A stretch of DNA of 64,000 nucleotides from Takakia lepidozioides (Eukaryota > Plantae > Bryophyta), in NCBI GenBank assembly GCA_030704615.1, contig CM060731.1:18848001-18912000 (forward strand), in the 5' to 3' direction. The notes under the pieces were generated by a model. It had not been told where the DNA came from. It was given only the letters and a program-made list of their open reading frames with translations, and ran no database searches. This document shows positions 12,130 through 24,889 of this stretch, piece by piece. The position numbers and the translations under genes were made by a program. Position 1 is the stretch's first letter, and every line of letters starts with the position of its first letter.

Positions 12130-14294
12130 TCACAAGTAATGGAACCTTGTGTTGCGCACGGTCTCTCTTGTTCCAGTGATGGTGTTCTTAGCAGCCTGAG
12201 ATAGCAATCTGGGGCGGACATTTGCATATGAGGTTAGAGGCCGCTGATCCGGGGGGTAGTACATGGACTTTGGTCGTCTCCGATAGTCTTGGTTGTCACC
12301 TGTGGGCTCTACAGTGTTGGGAGTAAACCGCACCTTCTTTTTATGTTGAGCTTGCTGCAAACAATAGACTCCGGGTCTGCATTGTCCAGTTACTTGATTA
12401 CCATCCCCGTCATTCTGTTCCTCAAGATGGGCACCTGGTAAACCTGCTTGAACCAAAACCAGTACTCAAAAGAATTGTTGGGGAAGAGGAAGAGGATGAA
12501 GAACAGGAGGAAGAAAAGTGATTCGGGGATGCTTGTTTTTCACATTGCCAATAGCAATTCTGGGGCCCCAGACAACAAGATCCGATTGCAGAGAATCTGG
12601 GGACGGTTTACAATCATATCTCAGACCTTTTGTAATCATGTGAAAGCTGCCGTGGCAAATACAACTAGAGATACTGGCACTAGTTGAACCTTTTGTTTTC
12701 TAAATGCGATAACACAATTCCGAAACAAGCATGCAACATATCTTGTGAGTTCTGCGACTTTTAAGGAAACAACACAACACTGGAATCCACAATCTCGAAC
12801 CTCTGATTGAAAAGTGGTCTAGACGATAGCCTGACACATAAAGTTTTCCGTCAACAAGTGCACAAGCCTACCTCCACTTTCATGAAAACAATGGGATGAA
12901 ATGAAGTCATGGAGTTCAATAGTTGAAACAAGTAAACCTACTTGTATCTGGCAAGCATTCTTCGCATTGCCCCCCAATACATATCTCACAGCATTCATCC
13001 ATGCATGTTTCGCAGACCCCTTTTTCTTTCGCTTCTTCGGAAAATTTTGGCCAGCAGGTGATAGTTGCTCCAGAATCTGGAGTGGCTGCATGTTTATAGA
13101 AAATATGAGTCATTTGAATATAACTCTCGAGGGCACCTGTACCACTATCTTCCGGAGCCCTTCAAGAGGATGGCTCTCTTCCCTTCTTTTTCTCTCTCTG
13201 CCCACAAGACGGCAAGAAAGTGTATTGAGTGTTTCTCTAAGTGTGTTTCTGTCTCTAGTCTGTTTCTATAATAACTCCAGTATTAGAATCTAGGGGTCTA
13301 CAGTCTAAGTCTCGTTTAATCTGCAAGTGAGAGATGTAGTTGGCTGTATGGATACTATAACAGGTAAAATTGTCACCCAGCCAAGAAACTACATTGGTTC
13401 CATTTTGTCGAACTTTCTGACCTCCCACCAGGCTACGAAATATACATTACAATTCCTCTTCTCCTCCTGCTATCCCACACACCTTGATCTGGATTAAGGA
13501 TGCAGATCCTAATATAATTAAGTACCTGACGTGCTGGGCCTCCAGGATCCAAACACAGCAAAGCTGGGTTGAAATCTTGAGGTCCGCGTACCAGACGGGG
13601 TGGCCCTTGAAATCGGTGCTGTTGACAGCATCTCCAAATAATCGCACGCAGGAGGTGGAATGTTTTCCCAACTCACCCTTGATTCCTCACTCTTGTCCAA
13701 ATTGTGGGGCCTTACTACGTCCCCATGAATACTGTCTCTAATAAACCCAATGGATTTGGGAGAGCTTTCGTTGCTGGAGCAGAGGCTAAGACTCTTTGTG
13801 AACCAAGGGCTGCTTGAGCAACAGGGGTCCGTAGAAACACCTACAGATCTACAGGAGCGACTAGCAACACAACCGCGAGGACCACATGATGTAGCATTCT
13901 CCGCAGAAGCCCGTGATGAAGATGATGGGTCGTTTGGGTGGCTTGCAAAAGTACCTCTACTCCTGTCTTCAGGAACTTGCTCCTCCTCGATGTAGAGGTT
14001 GAGACGTCGCCCTTCGAAGTGATCATTCGCATGGTCACACTCAAAGATGTTGCCCAATTTCTCTGTGGTCATAGCGATGTTATCCCTAAACTGGTCACTC
14101 GTAAATCCCTGCGGATTTTCTTCAAGGATGTCCTTGTCCTCCTTTATCCGCCGCTTTTTAGCGGCACCAAGGATGAGACAGAGCGCTGTGGCTGAGACCG
14201 CCAGCGCCGCCACAATTGTGAGCCCCTTAGTGAAAGCTGCTGGGTTGAACTGACCGGTGCCAAGCCCGACGCTCACCATCGTCTTCTCCAACAT
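12130..14294 (-). CDS. Predicted 408-aa N-terminally membrane-anchored protein with Cys-rich exon and C-terminal KKVRF..VEP..YRRR motif (exons 14294-13526, 13085-12942, 12443-12130)
   Basis: Hydrophobic segment LTIVAALAVSATALCLILG followed by AKKRR. Canonical GT-AG phase-1 junctions join three ORF pieces in frame (769+144+314 = 1227 nt). KKKVRFTPNTVEPTGDNQDYRRR resembles a motif of a plant family of uncharacterised TM proteins. Confidence 0.65.
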
Positions 14295-15734
14295 GTCTCT
14301 GCCACAGCTGATTCAAAGTAATACCAAAACCATTGACGAGGAAGTTTGGAATCAGTCACCCAATTCCCCGTACGTTAACTGGGCATCTAATAACCTGGCA
14401 TTTTCATGAAGAACAGGGAAGACAGCATTTCCAAATCATTTCTATGGAAGACCCAAGATTCATACAGAAACCGGCGTGTCTCCACCCAACACTACTAAGA
14501 CATCTGACAGTTTGAAATGCAAACTACTCATAATCGGCTCTCAATCCACACAAAACTGACTCTTTGCTTACTCACTGCTGAATGCTGCCACAATCTCTTA
14601 ACAGATTGCATTCGCCTCTCTGAATCTCGCCATACTTGCCTCACGGGTGTTTCTGCCATCATCAAACTGAGCTCAATCCCCTTCTCCCAATACTCATCAC
14701 ATCTGCTGCCATTGCTCCACCTCCACCTCAACACGATCCTCCTCCTCCTCCTCCTCCTCTCTCCCCACAATCATCCCTCCACCATAACCACAAACCGATC
14801 TCTGAGATGCATACGAGATGCTTCGTCTTCATCTCTCTCATTTCTCTAATGCAATTCTCGCACGCACAAGAGCATAGAGAAGAGACCAAAGGGCATGCCT
14901 TTGCCAGGCCCCCCTTGGCGGCACGTGGCGCCCATCCAGGTCGTCGCCTTTGGGAACTCTGTGCCCTGTGCCTCGGGAACGCTCAGAGCGCAACATCAAA
15001 TGCGATCCGAACATTCATCCACATGTATTAACGTCCCTGCGAACTTCATCCTACGATGAAGCACAACATCCATATCTCATCCACCTCCGACAATCCATTT
15101 GATATTTAGGTGGCCTGGACGAATGAAAGAGAATTTGGATGCCGTGCATCCGCGGCACCAAGGGTCACTACACCACCAAAAGGCTTTGCTAACAGGTTCG
15201 GTATGCTGGCCCGGGCTATCCAGACCTGCTGAGATCTCTCTACATCCTGCTTCGGCACCAGCCCCGGTAGAACCCCTTGAACATACGATGATTGTATTTA
15301 TAGACAAATTTGAGAAAACATGCTTTTTTTTGGCACAATGATTCAACGACCAATTATGAAAATAAATAAATAAACATGAAAATATATCACATAAGTTGGA
15401 TTCATGAATGCATAATATTCTCATCCATATATGATATATCAACAAAGTCTTTGGATGAGAATCTCGTTGGAAAGAATTAAATTAATGATTTTTCGACAAT
15501 TGATGTTTGAATATCTCAAGATCTACCAGAGCTCATCTAAGTAGGGTGGGTATAAGTAACGCCTGCCCGAGCCTGAGGTGAAGGTTTGGAAGGGAGCAAT
15601 GGAGGAGTGCGAAAGGACTCAAGCGAGAGACAAAGTGTCGTGTCTGTCCATTTGGGGGCTGCCAATTGGTGGAGTTGGATCGATCCGTGTGAAGATATAT
15701 GGAGCAATGGGAATGGAGGCGCTCCTTTATCAAC

Positions 15735-16058
15735 AATTTCGAAGTGGAAAAAGAACTTGTTCTAGAAAGCTTGAGTAGATTGCTACTTTCTCGATGTTGC
15801 CCAAACTTTGTCCACGGTAGATTACGTTTTCTCTAGACAATTCCTACGTACTGAATCTCTTTGTTGGCGCGATTTTATTGTTTTTCTTCTTTCTCCAAGA
15901 ATTTCAAAAGTGGAAGAGAACTAGTTCTTAGCACGCTTGAGTAGATTGCTAGTTTCTCCATGTTGCCCAGACTTTCTCTAGGGTAGATTACACTTTCTCT
16001 CGACAATCCATAACACTAAACTTCTTCGCTGGCGCGATTATATTGCTTTTTTTCTTTG
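15735..16058 (+). repeat. Diverged ~165-bp tandem duplication directly upstream of the H1-like gene
   Basis: gcttgagtagattgcta...gttgccca...ggtagattac...tggcgcgatt.tattg occurs at ~15769 and ~15935. Confidence 0.85.
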
Positions 16059-16069
16059 TCCGTTGGCTT

Positions 16070-16618
16070 ATGACAAAGATGTCGGAGAGGTCGCAATCAA
16101 CTCGCTCGTCGACGACCTCCAAAGTTTCACGAGGCTGCACTAGTGCCTCGCAATCTAACACACGTAGCTCTGCACGTTCGTCGTTGGGTGGTAGCTCAGC
16201 ACGTTCATCAAGGGGTGGGTCAAAGGCTACCTCACGGGCTACCTCCGCGCATTCATCGCGTCGTAGCTCAGTGCAACCATCTAGTACGTACGATCCTTGT
16301 CCCGGAGCAAAAGCACATCCGAAATGGACAAAGAGAGTACAAGTAGCACTCGTGAACCTTCGACATCCCAAGGGATCACATATCGGAATGATACGTAGAC
16401 ACATTGTCAGCAAGTACGAGGGGAAGCTCCCGGAAGATTACGATGGCTTGATTAACAAGTCCATTTACTCTCTCATCAAACAAGGTAAAATTCTAAAGAT
16501 CGGCACTCGCTACAAACTCACCAAGAAGGGTGAGGACGCTCTTAGCTCCTCCGTGTCAAAGTCTGCTATAAGATCTCACTGTGGCAAACCAAAAGGCCAC
16601 AGACATCGCTACAAGTAA
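16070..16618 (+). CDS. Intronless linker histone H1-derived basic protein (GH1 winged helix with Ser/Arg-rich N-tail), protamine-like candidate
   Basis: HPKWTKRVQVALVNLRHPKGSHIGMIRRHIVSKYEGKLPEDYDGLINKSIYSLIKQGKILKIGTRYKL aligns by eye to the plant GH1 consensus (HP-Y..I..A...L....GSS..AI..YI...Y...LP.....L...L..L...GKL.K....YKL). N-tail consists of RSS/SRxxS repeats. No K/A/P-rich C-terminal tail. Open 182-codon frame from ATG 16070. Confidence 0.8.
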   Translation: MTKMSERSQSTRSSTTSKVSRGCTSASQSNTRSSARSSLGGSSARSSRGGSKATSRATSAHSSRRSSVQPSSTYDPCPGAKAHPKWTKRVQVALVNLRHPKGSHIGMIRRHIVSKYEGKLPEDYDGLINKSIYSLIKQGKILKIGTRYKLTKKGEDALSSSVSKSAIRSHCGKPKGHRHRYK

Positions 16619-17669
16619 GACTCCACGCACTCTCATTTCATATGTGTCAAGTTTAGATAACGAGTTCGTTTATTTTATACTGTTGTACAAAAATCTTAAT
16701 CTCAGAGTACAATTGATTCAAATACAATCTCTTCATAATCATCACAAATTTATATTTCTGTTTTGAATTTGATTTACTAGTTCAGTTTTATATCAAACCA
16801 TGATGATAGATCAAGTTACAGTCTCTAGTGGTATAAATCCTCATGAGGACATCCTTTCTTCAAAGGGAAAAAAAAAAATGAGAAATGAAAAAAAATGTAC
16901 TTGATAGTATGGACACTAAAAATGATACTATAAAATCTAACATTAATAATAAACTATATTTTTAAATATAAGTAACATATTTAAATTGTCTCCATGTAAG
17001 ATCAACAGTAATGTGCAATTTGTTTTAAATATTTTAAGTGATTCGTGATCAATCATTGTCACAGGAAATCAATTGGGGTTGGTACTATTTTTTGTTTACA
17101 TGAAAAGTGGACAATGTTTATATTTATTGGATTTATTGGTTAAAAAGTAATTAAAATATTTATATGCTCTTGTGGATTTAGGAGGAGGAGGAGGAGAATT
17201 GGACGACGGAGGAGGAGGAGGAGGAGGAGTCGAAGACGGAGACGGAGTAGAAAAGGTAAGAAAAGGAGGAGGAGAAGGCGTCGGCGAAGTAAGCATAGAC
17301 GGCATAGACAGCGCCGAAGGTGACAAAAAATAAATATGTCATCGCTGAAAGAGATCAAATATACATCGGAGGTGGAGATGTGATGTAGATTTTCATTGAA
17401 CGGTTTTTAAGGGTCTTAAATTAAAGAGTAGTAGCATTGGAAGTATTCCCAAAAAAAACATAATCTAACTCGGATGTCATAGACATTAATATGAATCAAC
17501 AATTATAGCTAATTCATAATTTAATATAAAGAGGATATTTTAATAAAGTGTATATAACATGAGGGCCGCGCCATGGTATTTATGTAAAACTACTCTAACG
17601 ACATGTGCAGAATAAATCACATAATAGAAGCATTGGTATTGCGTGAGTAAAATGGAAAAAATGAAGATG

Positions 17670-18850
17670 ATAAGGTAATTTAAATGCAATGTATATGGGT
17701 TGATGGTTTGTCCAATGTGCTTATGTGCATCTTAATTGACAACCATTACCAATTGCATTGGTCCATATATGGTCTAATGTGAATCATAATCTGTCAACTA
17801 TACTATTAGGAAAACTAAGTTCAAGATTATGATGTTCATATAATCCTAAAGTTTCTTGGATCGGGGTTAGTTGTAGCAACATATCTACATTGTAATCCCC
17901 AATCATGGAACAAGATAGAATGTACTCAAAATGCGAAGAAAATTTTGCACTGCATTGTTGGGGTTTATAAATTGCTATGACATGTAGCGTTTTGGGGGAT
18001 ATTGAAGTTGAATACCTGTAATGCCTCCATGGCTTAGGAAATGGATTTATTTCCCCCACAACTGGGCCACAAGGGGCCCAGTTGCTAGGGCTAGTGCTTC
18101 CTCGGAAATAAATAATAAATAATAAATAATTGAATGCAATTGAATGAAGCTACAATAAACTCTTCATCATTATATGTGCGTAATTCATGGTGTGACAATA
18201 TCATATTTTTATAATACATTATCACTGTGCCGTGATTATCAATCTCTTGTAGCCTAACTCGGACCACATTTAATATTATCTAAGTTTGGTTTAATAGCTA
18301 CATGGATTGCTTTTAATGTGCGTCCTTGCAATTTTCCTTTCCTGATTATGCATATCCAAGACATGAAGATAAAACACCATTGATGAGTATTTTGATTGCT
18401 TTAAGAAATATGTTCGAAACGTGACAAACGAAATCATGATTTTTATATAAAAGTTCTCATTTCGCTATTTTGTGGTACGTATGTTTTTATATCAGATGGT
18501 ATTGTAGCCCCAAAAAATAGCTTTGGAAAATTGTACTCGTCACAATAACAATTATAAAATAAAACAATGGGTTTGTAGTTTTCATAATTTGGAGCAGTAG
18601 AAACAATATTTGTTATATTGTTATCGTTAATTTGTTCAATGTCTAGAAAGTTTCAATGAATATATAGGTTGGAATATTCTCTTCAGTTTCTTCAAAATGA
18701 AATGTTGCAGTATTAGCTATTACCGTGTCGTTATTTATATCGACTACTATTGGAATATCTTCAATTTATTCAAAGTTTGTAATATTGTTGGATGAAGCAT
18801 TCAAAAATGCAGAATAATCTATCCACTTTTGGTTTATGTATTTTTTTTAA
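17670..18850 (-). mobile_element. Degraded, internally deleted endonuclease-encoding Helitron (Helentron/Helitron2-like) relic
   Basis: AT-rich. Frameshifted minus-strand translation gives the Rep-region motifs TAPNYENYKPI..CDEYNFPKLFFG..YHKIAK*ELL..NIFLKAIKILI..IRKGKLQGRTLKA (~18600-18300). AP-endonuclease motifs LHVIAIYKP..IGDYNVDML..TLDHIWTN..PIYIAFKLP follow (~17990-17675). Confidence 0.6.
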
Positions 18851-19965
18851 GCTTCCATCTTTCTACACTTTGCATATTCGAACCAGCTAGGAACAACCGC
18901 TACTAGCATAAGATGGCAACTAAAAAAGTTTAAAGTGACGTGATCATAACTTCTGAAAAGACAAAGCAAACTTTGAGATAATACAGACAAACTACGCATA
19001 GACAAGGTACCAAGGAATGATTTTTTTTGGAAATTTTGAAAACCACGTGTGTAAGGCACCTAAGTTTTTCAAGTTTTCCAAATTATGCTATTGTTGCCAA
19101 CCGAGGGGCCCGTCACGTTAGTAAATGCCGGAACCTGATCCATGTTCCAAATTCGTCAAGGCACCCCGTGAAGTTGCAATGCATGCCCATCGCCCTGAGC
19201 CACGTGTGCAAGTCAATTGCTTGTGACTAGAACCTGTTTCACAAATTGGCCGTGTATGCCATAGTGATGGCTTGAATCCCTATGCCCTTCTAGGTTCAGA
19301 TGCTGCTTACCAATGCAGGCCATGGATGTTTGCTCCATTTATTGGAAGCAAAGATGGATTTACTGGGGAGCAGACAAATTGGAATTTTTGGGTATACCTA
19401 GGGCTTTAGAAAATCATAGTTGACTAGGTTTTTATTGTTTTGGGGCGCAATAAATTTGTCTCAATTCCATGCTCACTTTTCATTTATGAAATGTTTCCAT
19501 CTATGTATAATATCGGGAGAGCTCCGCGGGGTCTGCGAAGTGGCCTGCTTCTAGTCCATGGCGACCTCGTTGATGTTGCTTCCCCGTCTGGCCCAGCTTT
19601 TCCTTTCCCCCCATCAGAGTGTTTCTCCCTCTCTCGTTTGATTCCTTTCAAGCGCGTTCTTTTAAGCGCATTGGTGCCTTTTCGTGTGCCCCCTTCTTTT
19701 TCAGATTTTAAGCTTCTACGGCTCCTTCGGCAACGTTCCCCAGGCGGAGCCTTCACGTCTCTTTCATGTCTCCAGTCCCTGTCAGCACTTTGCTATCCTC
19801 TCCACCCCCCCCCCCCCCCCCCCCCCCCCCCTCTGCTCTTCATTACCTGCTTGTTTAATCTTTTGTTTCTGACTGCCTCTGGCTTGTCCCCCCCCCCACG
19901 TCTTTCGGAGTATTGATGGCCTCCTTGTCGCCAAGGCTTTCTCCCCCGCATTCTCCTTCCCTTGC

Positions 19966-21171
19966 TTGCCAAGATTTTCGTGTCTCTCACAGCTCCCCGA
20001 CTTCACTTTCCCGGTGCCACCAGAGTTAGACATGGCCTCCTTCATCTCTGTTGCGAACCATCAAAGGCGGGACAATAGAAGAGATGATAGACACGGAGCA
20101 GCAGGACCTTTGAGGCGCAACCCCCATCACCATGGCAATCGAATCGCACATAATGGCCCGGGGGTTTTGGGCAATGGCCCTTCCGCCTCATTCGACCCTT
20201 CGGCAGATTCTTTTCAGCTGTGGAGTGAGAATGCAGGTGTGGTTGATGAGAATCAGCCTATTTTCAACATTGATATGGATCTGGTAAATGAGCATTCCTT
20301 GTTGCTCAAAGAAACGGGAATTCTTGTCCATTTCCCAGGTCGTGCGAGAAACAGGCATTGGGCTAGGAGTTGGACCTTAGAACACTTTGCCCCAGGAGGG
20401 GGACTCACACACCATTTCTGCATTCCTCTTGGTCGGGGATTCTACTCCATTGTGTTTGTTTCAGCGGACCATGCTGAGAAGGCCCTCAACTTCAATACCC
20501 TGAAATCCAGGTATAGGGTGAATATATTTCCCTGGTCTTCGGAATGGGGACACAAAGGAGGTGTGACTTGTAAGCCGAGAATAATCGCGCTCCCTTTTCT
20601 CCCTGGCAACTACCTCCGGTCTTTGCCAGAGATTGGGGCGCATTTTGGCGCCTTCATCGGGTCGATTCTCCCGAACGATCACTTTATCTCTGACCCCCAT
20701 TCTGTCGACAACGAAGGTGGTCCGTTTGAAGGGCATACAGATAATGGAATCCCAAGGTTAGTGGTTTTAATGCCTGAATCTGATCGTATTCCGCACACCA
20801 TCAAGCTCCCCTCTCTTGACGGGTCTTTCATTTCAGTGGTTGCACAAGAGGAGATCCTTGCAATTAATTGCCACCACTACCATCGAGACGGACATGTGAA
20901 GGCAGACTGCCCCGATTTGCCTGGTAAAGTGCAGGATGTTTTCCCCCCATTCGTTTTTCCAACTGTGAGTGGACCCTCACGAAATAGGGGGATCGTGGCT
21001 TCTTCTCCCTTGGTAAGAATGGACTCCACCCCCGTGGCTCAACCCCAAGCGAAGCGTTTTAGGGATACCATCACTGGATCCCAGTCGGTAAGTCCAAAAA
21101 TCTATCTCCTGCCGGTTAAATCGCCAGTTGACGAGCCCTGGTCGCGCGCGGCCAGGGTGACGGCATACTAG
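19966..21171 (+). mobile_element. L1-type LINE ORF1 (DUF4283-like region plus degenerate CCHC knuckle); no adjoining ORF2
   Basis: IPLGRGFYSIVF..AEKAL, IFPWS, LPFLP..LPEIGAHFG.FI and CHHYHRDGHVKADCP. Preceded by a C-rich 5' region with poly-C runs. Confidence 0.75.
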
Positions 21172-22929
21172 CCTAGGGGGTCGTGGCAAGTTGCGGTGTA
21201 GGTTGGGCTCATCGAACCGCCTACCCGGCTGCGGTAAGTGCAGGGGTCCGTGACAGCTATGGACGAATCTAAACAGTCTAACTTCCTACCGGCAAAGCAA
21301 AGCTTAACAACTCCACTTCACAGGGCGATTTGTGTTTCCTAGTCCTACGTTTTGTTTATGGGTTTTCTACGTCTTTAATCGTAATTGCCTTCCAAGTCTT
21401 TGTTTATTACTACTTCCTACATGTCTGGACTCCCAACACGCTTATAGCCGGGACGAACCTTCAAATCTCTTCACAAAACGAATCCCGAGTCTAGGGAGAT
21501 GGGGATCATCTATCTCCCGCCCAATGCCCCCCCCTAAATCCCGAGGTGGATTAGTCAATCTCTCTTGCTTAGAGCGATCCAAGTTTTAACCTCAATGGTC
21601 AGTCCATCGGGTGAATGATAACAATTCAAACCTCTAGGTAATTCCCGAGATCGAATAAAACAATGGCCGTTCATTGGCCCAGCCCCACCCCCCACCCCCC
21701 CCCCCCCCCCCCCGGGCTAGGTACTTGACTTCAAATATCTTCGGCGGAAGGGGACGATACCTCCATTAAAACTTTTGTTTTTAAGTTAAGGGGGTCCGAA
21801 TAAAATCCCTTATTAAAGGCGAATTACCCTGTTGAATAATAAAGAACAAATCATTAAAACCTTCCTACAAATGCATGAAATTCGTAGAAATAAAGAATCA
21901 TCGTAGGATGCTGGAGCTAACTAAATTATCCTCAAGGTACCAGGGGAACACCCTGGGAACGCCCTTTATGTCGGGAGCATTGGGGAACCGCTCTCCATTT
22001 GGGAGCGCCCCTCCAAACTAAGCAATAACGCATTAGCAACTTAAACCATCACCGGGCCAAGATGAATGAAATCTCTCACCCATCAGTTTCTCATTTGATC
22101 GCCACCCTGGTGTGTAAACAATGATTAAACATTCAGTGGGTCCTAGGGTTCATTCCCTGCACCTCTTCCACCTACTTCTGCAAACAACCTAGAACGACCC
22201 GTGAGCCGTGCTTTCACAAGCCCCGGAATACATATCAAACTGATGGCCTCACTGGGGCCTATCCAATGGTTCCAACCATTCCTTATCATTTGCTAAAACA
22301 CGCCCTCATTCCCATGCAAGAAGAACACCATGAATAGTGCACAAGAAATCAAAGGCATAGGGAGAAAACCCCCCTTAGAATACCCGTCCCAGGGACAAAC
22401 AGTCCCTAGCGGGGTCCGTCGTAATATCCAACGGTTAAAACCGATACCCCGCAGCCATCGCTACGTGACGCGGCGTGACTGGCCCCCACGGGGGAAGGTC
22501 ACGCCACCCGTGTTAGATGCGTCTTTCCATGGCGATTCTAAGCAACCTCATTGGTTGACCTCCAGCCCAAAGGCGCCTAAGGCACCGACACTTTAGTGCT
22601 GGGCTCTGCCTTTTTTGGCAGCTCTCTACAAAATAGCTTAACCACTTATAAAGCTAGTTAGCACTGCCTCCCATGGTCCTCTATGGCCAGGGGGTTTATA
22701 AACATAGATATGAACTTAATAATATGGAAATTTTGGCGATAGCTTCTCCGTCTCATGCAATATGGCCGTTGCCACTAAGCTAGAAAGGGAAATTTGACAA
22801 GAGCTTCGCCACTTCATTCAAGCTCCTGCAGGGCTGCAAGCGCATGCTGGAAGCGTTGGTGAATGTGCGCTTCATGCCCCCGCAATAACACCTGCCAGGT
22901 CTCTGGCGTTTTTAGGATTTTAGATTGGA

Positions 22930-24812
22930 GATGCTCTGCTGTTTGGATTATGGCTGACGTCTATCTTGAATGTCCCTCAATGGAGCTGGGACGGCTGCTA
23001 GGGCGGGTGTAGGAATGTGGAGGAGATGGTGGTTATGTTGTGCATTGATCTGCAGTCTTGAGTTGATGGGGCGCCGTCTGTGTTGATGGTGTTCTAATTT
23101 CCTACTTGTTTGGGCGGCAAGGGCGAGCGTAGGGCTGCTCATGGCACCTAAGCAGAAGGCTCCAGAGATATTAGAGCCCCCACCACCTCTTGCATATCTC
23201 ACAAGTGAGGTGCAAATCATTAGTCGATGGGCAAGTGTCGAGCAACACGTACTGTGCAGCAAGTGAGAGAATCACTTGGTTGTTTGTCTGAATCTGACTT
23301 GTTTGATTTGCCGCCTCCACCTAGTGCCTCACGGTGGCCCAAACACCCCAAGCCATACAATTGTCGTTTTCTTCTTAGAAGGCAAGTAGGCTTGATTTTG
23401 GGTTGCAACTGCTCGGTCTCCGAGTCCGATGGCCTTGCTGCGGAGAAAATTTGATGTGGGTGTTGGTTTGGGGTTGGAGACTGACGACAGTTGATGAGGT
23501 TATGATACGGTACAAGGGCAAATATTGTGCCATCCGACAGTACATGCCTAAGAAACCGATTAAGTGGGGCATAAAGTGTGGGCCCTAGTGGATAGTGTCA
23601 CTAGTTATATTTATGACTTTGATCTTTACTACGGCAAGAATGGAGGGCCAGAGGGGATGAGAGAAAAGAGTGGAAAGGGTGAGGGATATGATGTGGTGAG
23701 CAGGTTGGTATCACCACTGCATCGCCGTGGTCATGTCGTGGTGACCGACAATTTTTTTCACCTCTCCTCATTGTTGTATGACATGGCCCTTCTTGGCACT
23801 TGGGCCACTTGTACAATGAGGCTGAACCGCAAGGGGTTGCCCCCTTCTTTGATTGCCATGATGAAATCCAAAACTGCCCGACAGAGGGATTCGTGGTACA
23901 AAATGCATGTCACGCGGCAAATTGCTATCGTTCTATGGTGGGATAAGAAAGGTGTTTTCCTTGTGTCTTCTGCAGCTCGGCCAGCCAATGGGCCCAATTC
24001 ACCTGTGAGCGTCCGTCGATTTGTGGGGAATCAGCAAGTGCAGGTTCCGTCTGTGCCCATACATGTCCAATACCAGACATACATGCGGGGTGTAGACGTT
24101 CAAGATCAATTGAGGGGTGCATATAGTATGCAATTCAAGACCCACAAGTGGTGGCACCGTGTCTTCTTTTTCATTTTGGACACCATCATGGTGAATGCAT
24201 ACTTGCTCCACAGAGAGCATTTGAGAGGCAAAGGCCTACCTGCAATTAGTCATCTTGAGTTCACTATGCGGATGGCTCAGTGCTTGATTGCTGGTGTTCA
24301 TGGCTTTGAACCAGCGGCTTATGTGTATGGAGAAGGACGGGCCCATATGCATAAGTGTCTACATTCCAGCCTTCGGCGTCAGTGTGCAAGGTGCCGCTAG
24401 AAGACTCACTTCTACTGTCCCCAGTGCAATGGGACATACATGTGTCTCGGCCAATGTTGGCGTGATACCCACAGGATACAGGCAATGTGATGGCTTTGAC
24501 TATGTTCAATGCCTTGTGTATGTTATTGTGATGGGAGGAGTGAAATCGGGATTTGTCTGCACCTGCTGTTGATTTGGTTTGTGTGGTCTGTACTGTCTGG
24601 CAGGGAGGTGACAGGGGGCTCATGGTGTTGTATGGCTATAGGGGGTGTGTGTCATGGCAGCGGCGGGGTCCTCGTCTTTTTTTTTTGACCTGTTATGTTG
24701 CTGATGTTTGTTCTTTGGTTCGTGAGTGAGCACTGGCAGAGAGGGGGCAGGTAAGATGGTGGGTTTTGTTGTTTTTTTGGGTGCTGGTGTATTTTGGGGA
24801 AGGGGGGGGGAG
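22930..24812 (+). mobile_element. piggyBac-like transposase pseudogene segment, copy 1 (DDE_Tnp_1_7-type core plus C-terminal cysteine-rich domain)
   Basis: TVDEVMIRYKGK..RQYMPKKPIKWGIK/VWALVDS..YIYDFDLY, HVVVTDNFF, TMRLNRKGLP, WWDKKGVFLVSS, YQTYMRGVDVQDQLR, KWWHRVFFFILD..VNAY, CARCR*KTHFYCPQC..CLGQCW..H. Frameshifts present; no TTAA/TIR ends found. Confidence 0.92.
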
Positions 24813-24889
24813 GGTCGTCGCCGCCTGCATCGTCGTTTTGCGACACTAGTCCGCTGCTTCCACCAGTCCGCCAGTTCCCTCTAACCCAC

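Noticed and set aside
397-16000. Numerous 60-160 aa ORFs antisense to or inside introns of the host genes
   Set aside because: No domain motifs; explained as shadow frames of real exons or chance ORFs.
17096-17358. Pro/Ser-rich extensin-like ORFs
   Set aside because: Produced by a (GGA)n-type microsatellite in AT-rich DNA; no signal peptide or gene structure.
21200-22900. Possible coding relic between L1 ORF1 and piggyBac copy 1
   Set aside because: No recognisable motifs in the frames examined; left unannotated.
24398-24400. Stop codon at nearly the same place in the cysteine-rich domain of both piggyBac families (TAG here and at 30904; TGA at 56406), suggesting programmed readthrough
   Set aside because: Both are one C-to-T change from CAG/CGA in elements full of other lesions; methylation-driven decay is the simpler explanation.
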